From Geosiphon pyriformis uo1 (lineage: Eukaryota; Fungi; Glomeromycota), in NCBI GenBank assembly GCA_016748015.1, contig JAAOMT010000620.1:613684-677683 (forward strand): 64,000 nucleotides of DNA, read 5' to 3'. A program made the translations under genes and the position numbers. Numbering within the stretch: position 1 is the first letter of the stretch; every line of letters begins with the position of its first letter. The notes below the pieces were generated by a model that saw nothing but the letters and a program-made list of their open reading frames with translations, did no database searches and was not told the DNA's origin. Positions 1-12,781 of the stretch are shown here, piece after piece.

Positions 1-469
1 AGAAAAAGTCAGAAGAAGAACACCTTTTTATGTAGCATACAACAGTGCTTTCAATAAACTTTACCATTATTCTTATGATGCTGAAATAATCTTTGACTTA
101 GCAATAACTTTAATTAATAGACCCACACAAGAAAATGTCCACCAAATAAAAAAAGCTGAATACATTGAATACACTATAGAACTAGCTGAATTCAATTATA
201 AAGATGAAGTGAAAACATACTACCAAATTGCAAGTCACATTTATCCAATCCAAGAAGCTCAAATTCAATAATTAGAGCAAATGAACATTCAATTGTGTAA
301 AGAATGCATCATGCTTTGTAATAACAAATAGTGTCCAGAATGCTATGCTTTTAGCATTCCTCTGTCCAGTGAAAATGACCAGGAAAAAATTAAATTCGGG
401 AAATCTGAAACAAAGGAAGAAATTGCAACAATATCCATCTATCTTACTGAAAACCAACCTGTTATACAA

Positions 470-890
470 CTCAAATACTTTGACAACAATGGACAAGGAA
501 TAAAACCAAAAAAAGCCCATAAAATTGATGCAGGATATGACCTCAAATATTCTGGCAAAAACACTTTGTTTCTTCAACCAAAATTCTTAACCAAAATCAA
601 TCTTAAAATTGCTTTTGAAATACTACCAGAAGCAATGATACAAATTGCTTCTCAATCATTATTGGCAAGCAAAAGAATTAATGTTAGAGAAGGAGTTATA
701 GATACAGAATATACTGAAGACATTACCATTATGTTACAGAATGAAACAGACAAATCATTTAGAATTAAACATACTAAAAAAATTGCCCAAGCAATTTACT
801 TATCCTTAATCAACATTTCAGAGTTACAATCAGTTAACAACAGAGAACAATTGGGAAAAAGTAAAAGAAGAACTTAAGATTTTGGTTCAA
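470..890 (+). pseudogene. dUTPase domain of the Gypsy pol
   Basis: DAGYDLKY, ASQSLLA, GVIDTEYTE, IAQAI and RRT*DFGS match trimeric dUTPase motifs 1-5 in degenerate form. Confidence 0.88.
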
Positions 891-3800
891 TTAGATAATT
901 TACAGTTCCAGTAAACATAGTTCTTAATACACAAAGTAAATCTTACCAGATTCTTTAACTTCTTTAACCAATTACCATTTCACTTTTTGGAAAACATCAC
1001 AAAATCTTGCTTAAAACCCACCACTACCCAACAAATCTTTGAATCCAATAAACAAATTTGTTTAAAGCATAAAATCTTAATTTTAAACGTTTATATTCTC
1101 AAAGAAATGAAGAAATTTTAAGTTACACTTTACAAATTCAATAATTATCCTATTGTCTTATTGAATAAATTAGAGATTAGAATCATATACAGCAACATCT
1201 TTCAAGATAAAAACCCTTAAATTGTCTCTAATTTTATCAAAATTATAAGACATACTCTATTTTCAAATCTAAACATCATTCTTACTACTGAAAACTACCA
1301 CCTTTTAAAAGAAAAACTCTTTCAAATCAACATGGGTCCCTTAAAACCCTAATAACAAAGACAATTGAAACAGCTAATAGCTGAATTTGCAGATATATTT
1401 GCAAAAAACAACAATGATCTTGAAAAAACTAATATTGTTCAACACCAAATCCATACAAGAGATGCTTCACTAAAACAACAACAAGTCTATCAAGTTCCAC
1501 TTGCCAGCCACCAATTTATCAGAGAAGAGGTCCAAAGAATACTTAATAACAGACTGATTTAACTATTAAGAAGTCCATGAACTTCACCAATAGTTTTTGT
1601 CAAAAAAAAAAAAAAAAAAATCAAATTTTGCATTGACTATTGCCAATTAAACAGTGTGACAATTGAAGATGTCTACTCTCTTTCCAGAATTGATGACATG
1701 CTAGATACTTTAGAAAAAACCAAGTTCTTTTCAACTTTAGACTTGGAAAGTAGATACTGAAAAATCAAAATAGACCTAAAAGATCGACCCAAAACAGCAT
1801 TTACCACCCAAGAAGGAAACAATAAGTTCAATATCATGTTTTTTGAACTCTATAATGCACTAGCAACATTCCAGCAATTCATGGATATTATATATAAAGA
1901 ACTCTTGTGACAATTAGTAGTTGTCTATCTAAATAACACTAATGTGTATTTACCAAGCTTTAAAGCTCATCTTATCTACCTGTGAAAAGTTTTTCAATAA
2001 TTATAAAAAGCAGAATTGAAATTGAATATTGAAAAATATCTTTTTGGAAAAACAAGCTTAATCTTTTTTGGACACATAGTTAATAAAGATGGAGTCAAAC
2101 CAAATTCAGGAACAATCAGTGCTGTCAAAAACTTTCAAACTCCCAAAAATACTACAGAGCTATGAAGATTTGTGGGATTAGCCTCTTACTATCGGAAATT
2201 TATCAAAGGATTCTCAAAAATTGCCAAATCATTCAATTATTTTACCAATAAAAACGTGCCATATTAATAGATTGAAGAACAACAAAAAGCCTTTGAAACT
2301 CTCAAAACAAAACTGACAACAGTCTTAGTTCTTGCTTATCCAAACTTCAACAAACAGTTTTAACTAACCACTAATATTTCACATATAGTATTTGGTGTCA
2401 TTCTATCACAATTAGATGAAAATAGCCAAGAACAAATTATTGCCTATGTTAATAGAACACTCAAATCAACAGAACTTAAATATGGCTCAATTGAATTAGA
2501 AGCTGCCACAGTCATTTGGGCTCTTAAACACTTTTAACAATATCTGAAAAATAGAAAAAAATTTAATATTATAATTAACAATATTGGTCTCAAGTGGCTC
2601 AATAAAAAGAAAACTGAACAAAATACCAAACAGTCTCAATGGAATAACTTCCTAGCAGACTACAAATATATTGTATATCACAAACCAGGAAAACTACATA
2701 TTAATGTTGACAGCCTCTTAAAAATGAGACAAGATTAATACTAACAACAATCTTATTACAACTTACTAACCTATCAACAAAATAACCAAACAACAATAGA
2801 TCCCAGAAATTAAAACAACATCAAAAACTATTTGGAGACTCTTACCATGTCAGAAAATTGGTCTCCAAGTAAAAAACATCGATTATAATACCAATCAAAA
2901 CAATATTTCATACACTACAACAAAATTTATTATAAAAATCGCAGAAACCCAAACTAACTACTTAGATTAGTACAAAAAAATAAAAAAGAAACAATTCTAT
3001 ACAACATGTACACAGATTTTTCTTCAGCACACTTGGAAAGAGATAAAACAATCCAATGAACTCTTGAACATTATTTTTGGCTTCACATACAAAAAGACAT
3101 TCAACAATATATAGAATCTTGTAATAATTGTCAAAAAAAAAGAACTTATCCCACAGAACTTTTAAATTCAATCAAAGTTGAACAATTTTTTGACAGAATT
3201 GGAATTGATTTAGTCGGACCATTACCTATTACAACTCAAAGAAATTGTTATATTGCAGTTACAGTAGATTATCTTACCAAATGGCCTGAAGTTAGAGCCA
3301 TTCAAAGAGCAGATATAAAATCAGTAGCAAAGTTCATCTATAAAGACATTATTTGTAGACATAGATGCCCAATTGAACTCTTATCTGATCAAGGAACACA
3401 TTTTGTAAACAACTTGATACAGAAAATTTGTAAATGATTTAATGTCAAAAGACTTTTATTATTATCTTATCATCTTCAAACAAATGGACTTGTAGAACAT
3501 TTCAATAGAACATTGTGTGAATTTTTAGCCAAAGTCTTAACAAATTTTGAGCAGAAATGGAATATCTTTATTTCATCAGTGTTATTAGCATACAGAACAT
3601 TAAAACAAGATACTATGAAACACACACTATTTGATCTTACTTATAGAAAAACAGCAATATTACCAATTAATTTCACAGTGGAAACATACCCAGTGCAACC
3701 AATCAATGAAAAAAACTTTCAAGAAACACTTCAAAGAAGAGCTTATACTCTCCTTAGTACATTGGAAGAAAAAAGACACATAGCAGCCACTCATATTAAA

Positions 3801-4340
3801 TACTTCTAAGCTCTACAAAAAAAAAGATATGACAACAAACTGTCATTAATTACTAATGAATTTAAAGTTGGAAATAAAGTTTTCTTATACAGAACTAAGG
3901 CTGAAAAACAATGAAGTAGAAAATTTGAACATAAATAAGATGGACCATTTTATATTCACGAAATTTTAGGCAATGGATCATATAAATTAAGACTTGATGA
4001 CAAAATAGTAGCAAAAATTGTACATGAAGATCAACTAAAACACTATTATTCCAGAAACAATTTTGAATCATTAATTCCACAAATTAGTATACATTTTTCT
4101 TTAATTAATTCTGAAAATATTCTTTGAAATTTAGAACCAATAGTTATAATAGGACAACAACCAAACTTGAATACTTAATTTAACATTTTTCACAATAACT
4201 CTTTTAAATATACATAACATAAAACAAAAATAGTAAATAAATTACAAGAAACATTCAAACCCAAAAACAAATAAAAACCCTATACCCAAAAATAATTTTC
4301 TTTACTCTTTTCAAATTTACTTATTAATTAGTCATTTATC

Positions 4341-5049
4341 ATGATTATTTCCCAAAATATCCAACAAATATTCTAAAAATTAATGTTAGTCTTAAAAACA
4401 CTTTCTAACTTATCCATAACAATTAATAGAAGTCAAATTAATTACACTCAAAAAGAAACCACAACACCAATAGTAAATAATTCTCAAAATTATCACTCTT
4501 ATAGAAGAAAAACAAAAGGTTATTCTGAAAATCAGTTATTAAAACTTTTGAAACAAGCACTAAAAAAAAACTTTTTATTTGTCTCTGTTGACATTTCACC
4601 AAATGTCACAATTTAACAAAAACTTTTACTATTCTTTAATAAACAAAACAATGAATATACCCTTATATATAGATATTTTCATATTGGAAAAACACTTTAT
4701 AAATAAAAACTAGAACTTGAAGCAAACAACATCACTCCTGAAGCTATACAAAAACAAATTTACAATGAATTCAAAACAGCAGCTGGATCAACAAACACTC
4801 ACTACAAACTTAAAGCAGCTTTTAGACTTTATGATTTATTCAATACTTGTGAAAACATCTTACAAAATCCAATACTTTGTTCAATGAAGATTTAATACAT
4901 TGGAAAGCTTACAGAACTGAAATTTTAACAATTTTCAGACCAAATCACTTCAATTATCTTGGACTATTATCTTAACATTACAGATAGTACTTGGACTTCG
5001 ACAGAATTCAATCTTGAGGAAAAAATTATGTTACCAGTAGAATTTTAGC
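4341..5049 (+). pseudogene. Additional ORF of unknown function between integrase and 3' LTR
   Basis: One frame of ~235 codons broken only by a few stops explicable as C>T/G>A changes. It runs across the PPT into the LTR. Confidence 0.6.
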
Positions 5050-6001
5050 TATTAATTAGCATGAAATTATCCTCATAATTCCTATTATTAATTAGCATAT
5101 ATTATTATCATTTCAATTATTACTTATTATTTAATCAAATTATTAAATATTATTACTCAATCAATAATCCAATTTGTACTATAGAAATTAAGATGATCAA
5201 ATTACACAATACTTTGAATCATTTAATATAGTCAAAATTCGCCAAAATTAATTAAAATTGGCCGAAATAATTAATAGTTTAATGAAATAACTTGTAGTTT
5301 GCCGAAATGTATCTTTAGTTTACCAAAATTGTAGCAAAGAGAAAAATGCAAGTTCAAAGACTAGTACTACAACAAGTTGTATAAAAAAAGAGCTTTTCTC
5401 TTCGAAAAAATGTATCTTTTCATAGTATCTTATCATAGTATCTTAATTTAGATATCTTAATTACAACAAATCACTTTTTATATATCTTAAATAAAAACAA
5501 AATATTTAAAAACCAAATTCTTTGATTATTATACTTGAAATTTTCTCAACACAACTAACATTTTAAAATTGATTAGCTACCAATTTCAGTAATTTTTTAG
5601 TGATTCCAGGCTTGTATAGAAAACGTTTCTTTTAATAAAATCCTATTTCTTTTATATTTTTTTTATTTTTTTTTATTTTTCTTATTACAATCATTAAGGT
5701 AGCCTACAGATAAGATTCTTGCAAAAGAGTTGACTTTTACAGCAAAATAATTACACATTTTTAATGAGCTTCTAGACAAGCAATTCTTGAGAAAGAGTTG
5801 ACATTTTCTACAATATAACTACACAAAATAACTGGCATAGAATTGGCTATTCCACTTATAAGCTTAGCAGTTCAAATTATAGGAGATAATTTGAAGATAA
5901 ATTCAGCTATTGGAGGTTCAACTACTTTCTGAGAATGTAAATTCACAGCAAATTAATACTTAATAACATTCAAGAAAAAAGACCAAAAACCTCTGATAAT
6001 A
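5029..6001 (+). repeat. 3' LTR (~970 bp)
   Basis: Starts TGTTACCAG after the PPT and ends CTCTGATAATA (decayed CTCTGGTAACA). TATA-like TATAAAAAAAG at ~5380 and an internal ~45 bp direct repeat at ~5711-5825. A reverse-complement copy lies at 63254-64000. Confidence 0.88.
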
Positions 6002-9000
6002 TTATGTATGTATTCTGACATAATACTTTTATTATTATTATTAAACTATTTAAGTTTTTGCTTCTTTGAAAAATCTGAAAGCACAATATATTGTTCAAAA
6101 TTATAATTGGAATTAAATTATTATTATTATTGTTGCCATTATAAACAGAGTTGGAACTATTGTTGTCATTATTATTAAAGTTTAAATCATAATCAAATTT
6201 TAATTTTAATTTCAAAGTATAGCTGTTAATTGGTTCTTTTTTTTCAAAAATTGAATAGATTATACATAATAGTAGATTGTAAATAAAGTTATAATTGTTA
6301 TAATATTCGAAGTTATTAAGAATTAAACAATGTTTATAAAGTCTAATATTTAATTATTTTAGATGTTGTTTTTGCTTTTCTTTGAATAAGTGCTAGATTT
6401 TAATAGTGTTTATGGAATTGTTTTGAATTGCTTAAGATGTTAACAAAGATGTCTGGATTTGGGATAAGAATAGTTTCAACAGATTTTGGTAAGTTGTTTT
6501 TGACCACTAATATTTCACTGAGTGAAATGTCTTTGATTTTAGCACTTGTTATTTTTCAGATCTTGTTTTTGTCATGTAAATAACTGTTCAAACATAAGAA
6601 AACTCTGTTTTATATGGTATTAAAGAATGTTTTTCTGCTTATTTAGTCATTAATAAGAATTATGTATTAGTACAATGTATATTTTTTTTTGTTTAGAATA
6701 TTATTTCACATTTCTTTATTAAATAAAGTTTTTTTACAAGTAAAATATAATTTGTTGTTCTACTTTTTTTGTTGTTTTGAATACTTGAAACATTCTCTGT
6801 AACACAGTTTACAATAATAGCAGATATATGTTTTGTGGTCTTCTTTTGAAAAGATCCAAGCTTCTATGAATAAAAGCTTTTTGTTATAATTGATATATTT
6901 ATGTAAAATATAAGGTGGTTTTTTTCTTAGTTTTAATAAATAGAGTACATATCAGCTATTGGCTGATTTTTTTGTAGTAGTAATGACTTGTAATTTATCT
7001 TCTTTTTTTTGTTTTAGAATAAAATTTGTAATAGTTCATTATAATTATTGTCAATCTATAAAACTTAATAGGCATTTCAGATAGATTTGTTTATTTCTTC
7101 CTCAAATTTTATTAGTAGCTGTAATTAAGTTGTTTTAAAATTACTGCAGATAGTTGGTATCTGAATATTCTGACTATTTTGATTGAGTTGTAGTTTTTGA
7201 GTATTTTAGTTAAACATAATATTGGTTTTGAACAACCAGTTATTACTAATAAGAGTTTGATATTGTGTAACTTCCATAATAAGAACTTTAATGAGTGTAA
7301 TAATACCATTTACTTTAAAAAAAAAGTTGTTAATTTCACCAATAAGAGTTTTTGTTATTTTATTAGCTGTAATGATTTTAGTGCTGACAGTGTGATCAAC
7401 TTAGTAATCTAATTGGTTTATAAATTATTATGTAATAATACTGTTTATTAACTTGCTATTAAAAATTAGTTTAATAGATTGGTCATTAACTTTGGTATTT
7501 GTGTACATGATTATAATAAGTTTAGTATTGAGAACAGCTTTATTAAATAATGAGATTTTTAATTAATTTTCTAACTTGAATAAGAAAATAGTAATTAATG
7601 ATTTGTTTTCTGTAATAATTGCTAGTAAAATGTTGTTAGTAAGTAATTGGTAATTGGTTTCCAGATTGTTGGATAAGTTGTTTTTTGTCATAGCCAAAAA
7701 ATTTAAATAGTTTTAAGAATTCAGGTTTTAAATGTACTTATTTTTCAAATTTCTTGAACATAATTTTAATGTCTAATTTGAGAAACTAAGGATCAATTAG
7801 TGCATAACTATTACTAATTTCCAATTCTGTTGTATATATGTGATAAATTATTGGTGCTAAAGTCTAATAGACTGGAAATAGATATATTAGTTATTGTGTT
7901 ATTAGTGTGTAATAAGACTAATAATAATATTATTTCTGATTTTAGATATAATTTAAAGTTTTTATATTGGTTTTTTAATTATGGATTATTAAATTTGGTA
8001 CAACAATCTGCTTTTAAATGGTTTTGTTTATCACAGTAGTAGCAATTATGCATTTTTTGTTGTCATAGTTAATTTAATAATAACAATAATAGATGTAACT
8101 GATTTTAGAATCAATTTAAACTTCTTAAATTGTCATAATATTAAGAAAACTAATAGATTGTTTGATTGTTAGCTAAATATTCTTATAGTTTTTGGTTGAT
8201 CAAATTACTAAATTGTTTTAGCTTAGAATCTAATTTAAATGATTCATTTATGACTAGATTTATGGCTTGTATGTAATTGGCTTTGAGTTTGGCCAATTCA
8301 AAATTTCTGGTATATGTAACTATATCTTAGAGAGTATTTGGGTGTATTAGATATACTCATTATAATAAACTGCTGTGTAATCCACAAATAAATTAATTTA
8401 AGATCTGTGGTATTGTAAAATAATCAGTTTTAATTGCCTAAATTTGGCACAAATTTCAATAAAAATGTTCCAGATACATGATAACTATTTCAGTATTATT
8501 TTGTTTAATAATAATAAAGCTAATTAATAATTGATTAATGCTGTTATAATTATTAAAATATTATAGAAATGTGGTTTTAAACATGTTAAAAGTTTGTAGT
8601 TTGTTGACTAGGCTCTAATACCATAAGTTGGTAATATTCTAAAAAAAGTATAAAATGGTTTAAAGTGCTTTAGTGTTATCTTATCTATTGGCTGTAATGG
8701 CTTTTACTATATTGTTTAGTGCATAAACTATTGGTATAAGTTTTAATTGTTGTTGTAATTATTGCTAGATAGTGATTGGTGTTACTGGCAATTGATTAAT
8801 CAGAAAAAATAGGAACTGAGTTTGAATTGTTCAGATTTGGCTAGATTTAAACAATTAAAGTTATAATTTCTGGATTAATTAAGATTAGGTTTTAATTATT
8901 ATTTTTCTGATTGCTGTCTTTTTTTTTCTTTTAATTTGGTATTTTTTTAATGATTAGTAGATTCGAAATTTGGTTGAGGTGACAGTAATTAAAATCTTGA

Positions 9001-10030
9001 TGATATTGTTAATTACAATTTAAATCTTTCAAAGAAATTATTGTAGATTCTTAATAGTTTGGTTTTTTTTTGATTATTTTGGAACAATACTTTAGATAAT
9101 AGTGTTTTTGCTATTAATGTTGATGTAAATTCAGATGGTATGTAAATAATATTTCTTAGTATATAATAATATGACAAATGAATAAGTAAAATAACTTTTG
9201 GTTTTTTCTAAAATAAGTGGTTGTATTTTTCTTAGTGTTTTTGCTGGAGTTTGTAATTTTTTTTTATTTATAAAAGTAATAGAAAATCTTTGTTAGATGT
9301 AATTCTTAATTCTCAATTTATTTTTGTGATTAGTAGAATAAACAAATAATTTTGTGAAAATATGGTGCTTTGGAGTAATTTATTATAAAAATTATTGAGA
9401 ATGGTTTCTGAATCTTTTTGGTTTTCCAAGTAAGATATAATTTTTTTATTAACATAAAAATTAAAAGCTAATTCTGCTGGCCAATAGTTATTTGTCAGTC
9501 CGAGTTTGGTAATATTGAAATAAAAATTTGGTAAATTTTAAATGGTTTGTTTTTATTACTTTTAATTCTGCCACTTTTTTAAATAATTGTTGTTAATACT
9601 GGTTTTCTGTTAGATTATATCTTATAAGAAGTACCAAATATTACAAATGATTATTTAGGGTGTTGAAACAAATAACAAACTTGTAACTTAGTGCTTAATA
9701 ACTGAGAATATTGGTAATTTTTGTATAATAAACAGAGATTTAATTAATAGTTTCTTTTGTAAATTTTTTTTTAGCATAGTGGCTGGTTTATTCTGACAGT
9801 CATGGTCTTCTGGTAAGCTATCCTTAAATTTTTATCTTTGTTTTTGAGTTTTTTACCAGGCTATCCTTAACATCAATTATTTAGTGCTTAATCTCTTAAT
9901 CAATTAATAAACAACAAAAAAAAGAAAAAAAAAGAAAAAAAAAAGAAAAAAAGAAATAAAAAATTAATATTCTATTAATAGCTGTGATTAAAAGCTATTA
10001 GTTTAGTATAATTAAGTATTGAATTTTATC
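6002..10030 (-). mobile_element. Second, more decayed Gypsy element (gag, CCHC knuckle, protease, up to start of dUTPase)
   Basis: Minus-strand reading: gag DYFTIPQILN*FICGLHSS (~8350-8425), zinc knuckle CYYCDKQNHLKADC (8003-8044), protease-like IKLIFNSK..SIIT (~7430-7490; DSG decayed to NSK). It is cut at ...KSIMSEYIH next to the LTR. The 5' boundary is uncertain. Confidence 0.8.
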
Positions 10031-10450
10031 AATATAAATTTTTAATAGAGCAAAAATGATTAAGATTTATTTAATTAAGTAATAACAACATAAAATAAAT
10101 AGTAATAAATATTTTTATTAATATGAATGTGATTTCACTTCAAGTTATAGAAAATTATCTTTTGAAGAAAAAATATTGGATAAGTAATTATTGTTAGCTA
10201 CTGTTCTGTTTTTGTTTGCTTTTTTTTGCTTTTAATACTTTTGTTATATATAATTTGTATTATATAAGATTCCTTAAAATCTTTCAATTTTTTTAACAAG
10301 AATTCTGGAATTTTGGAATTCTCCAATTTCCTAAAAAGAACCCTAAAATTTTTTTTTATGTTTATTTTAGATTGGCTATTTTACTTATTATTATAATTCC
10401 TAATTTCTATAAGTAACAGTATATACATATATTGTAATATTTTATTTAGT

Positions 10451-11130
10451 TGAAATTTGTTTTATAGTATTTGTTAGATATAGACATGTGCTAATGTTAT
10501 ATTAATGTCTATTTTTTATTTAAATATATTATAACTTGTTTATCTAATAAAAGAAACACACATGTATACACACATATACATATATACAGCCAAAAATACT
10601 ATTAATATTAATAATATTTCAAGTGGCAAATAATTGTTATTTGGCCAAAATTTGTTCTATAGTGTCTGTTAAATATAAACATGTGCTAATATTATATTAA
10701 TGCTTATTTTTTATTTAAAAATACTATAATTTGTTTATCTAATAGCAAAAACATATATGTATATATATATAGCTAAAAGTACTGCTAATACTAGTAATAT
10801 TCTAAATAACAAGTAATTGCTGTTTGACTGAAATTTGTTATATTGTGCCAATTAGATATAGATATATACTAATATTATATCAATACCTACTTTTTATTCA
10901 AAAATATTATAACTTGTTTATCTAATAGCAAGAACATACATATATATATGTATACACATATATATAGCCAAAAATACTGCTAATACTAATGATATTTTAA
11001 GTAATAAGTAGTTGCTATTTGGCTAAAATTTGTTATATTGTGCTAATTAGATATAAGTACATGCTAATATTATATCAATGTCTATTATTTAAAAATACTA
11101 TAACTTATTTATCTAACAAAACAAAAACAT
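10451..11130. repeat. Tandem repeat, ~3.5 copies of a ~185-195 bp unit with an internal (TA/CA)n tract
   Basis: Units start near 10451, 10646, 10829 and 11023 (aaatttgtt.tat..tg...ttagatat...catg.gctaatattatat...ataacttgtttatctaa). Confidence 0.88.
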
Positions 11131-11199
11131 ACTTGTAAGATTTATATTTCTTAATAATTTTGAATATATCAGTAACTAAAACTATATACAAAAATATAA

Positions 11200-12450
11200 T
11201 AAAAAGTCTTTCATAAATAGGTTTAAATATGCTTAATAAAAATATTATTCAGAATTTCTGGAATTTTTTTCTTTAATAAGGCAAATTTAAAATTACAGCT
11301 TGCTTAAGTTTTCTATTTTGTTTTTTCTCAAATTTATTTAATAAAATTACATTTACAATAAAACTTAGAATACAGTAAAAACTTATGTTTGCTAGTTGCT
11401 TTTATGGCTTGTTGTAATCATATTTTTTTAGCCAAAAAGTCTGGTTAACTTGCAATATAATACCAAATACAGTATACAAAAAAAAATTAATTTCAAATAA
11501 AATAAATAGTTTTTTAACTTTATTATAATTATAATTATTATCTAAATTTTCATCTTCTTTGAATTGTTTTTTTGCATATGTAAGGTACAGATCATCAATC
11601 CACAAATTTTATTTTTGTAGAATACAGCATAATTTTTTTGGCTTACTATTTTCATCTTGTATATTTTAACTGATTTTTATTCTATTTTAAATAAATCATA
11701 TTGTGTTGCACTTTTATTGTTTGTCTTTTTTTTTAAGATTCAGTTTTGTTAAAATTAAAATATTACTTGTATAGGCATTATAATTGGATGATTAATCAAA
11801 GCAAAATATTTTTTTACAGTTAAGATAAAGATATTCAAAAAAAAATTTGCTTTCTGTACTAACTGGTTGACTATATCATCATTTTTTCATTAGTTATTTT
11901 AAGATGTTTTGGCTTGGCTCTTATTGAAAGATTTAGTTTTTTGTTATTGTTATTATTAATATACAATGCTCTATAATATGAACACATAAAATCAGAGATC
12001 ATTAAGACTTAATCCTTGTCTTTTTTTTAATGTGTGTTTTTCTTTTCATAAGCCATATATTGAGTTGGTTATTAAAAACATAAAAGTATGTCTTATTATA
12101 AATAACTAAAAAATGTTTTGTAGAGTCAATAAACAGATCTAAAATCGATAATATTATTAATTTCTCATTTTTTGATTCAAATAACTTTATAAAATAAACA
12201 TATTGCATTATTTTTTTTGCAAATATTTGGTGATATATTACAATATTCTTTTATTTATATCTATTATAATAAATATTTTATTTATTTCTGTGAAATATAT
12301 AACCTCATTTTTGCATATATTGAATTATAGTAGATTTTAGAACATAATAATTATTGATATTAAAGTATTATAGAATAATCTTATTATGAAAAAAACTTGT
12401 AATAATAATACTTTTCAATCTTTAAATTTTGTATTATGAAGTTATTTTAA
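11200..12450 (-). mobile_element. Highly decayed DDE transposase (IS630/Tc1-related, PKFHCELNFIE type)
   Basis: Minus-strand remnants in the expected order: FLVIYNKTYFY (cf. VTHDESTFY), QGLSLMISDFMC, FCFD*SSNYNAY (cf. FAFDNSSNH), S*PDFLAKK, YSKFYCKCNFIK*I* (cf. YPKFHCELNFIE.YW). Confidence 0.65.
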
Positions 12451-12781
12451 GCATGTTTTTTTAATGTTTTTATTCATAAGCAATAAAATATGCTTAATAT
12501 ACTTGTCTTGAAATCTTAAAAAAAGTTGGCTATAAAGAAGAAAGTAATTTGCTTATTTGTATAAATAATAAACAACTTATTTATTTCCCTAATTTTTTTG
12601 CTTTTTAAGAACAAAAAAATATAGTATAACTATTACTCTTGACTTTGTTTTTTCTATTTAATATATCTGTAAAATATAAAATTAAGTATTACATATAAAA
12701 ATAATCAAAAATGCTTAAAAATAAAGCTTAATATTTTTATTTATTATGTAGAACATTAAGTTTTTAATTAATTATTAGTGC

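Larger units (their letters stand above)
1..6001 (+). mobile_element. Degenerate Ty3/Gypsy LTR retrotransposon, 3' part (dUTPase-RT-RNase H-integrase-extra ORF-PPT-3' LTR)
   Basis: Pol domains read through in-frame stops: RT (FCIDYCQLN, LSRIDDML, YLNN for YLDD at 1926-1937), RNase H (~2340-2720), integrase (IGIDLVGPLP, LLSDQGTHF, QTNGLVEHFNRTL, GPF motif ~3940). RT-RH-IN order is Gypsy. Purine tract at 5016-5025 precedes an LTR starting TGTTACCAG. Confidence 0.93.

Noticed and set aside
10451-11130. CRISPR-like array
   Set aside because: Long contiguous units with no unique spacers, no cas genes, and a eukaryotic context.
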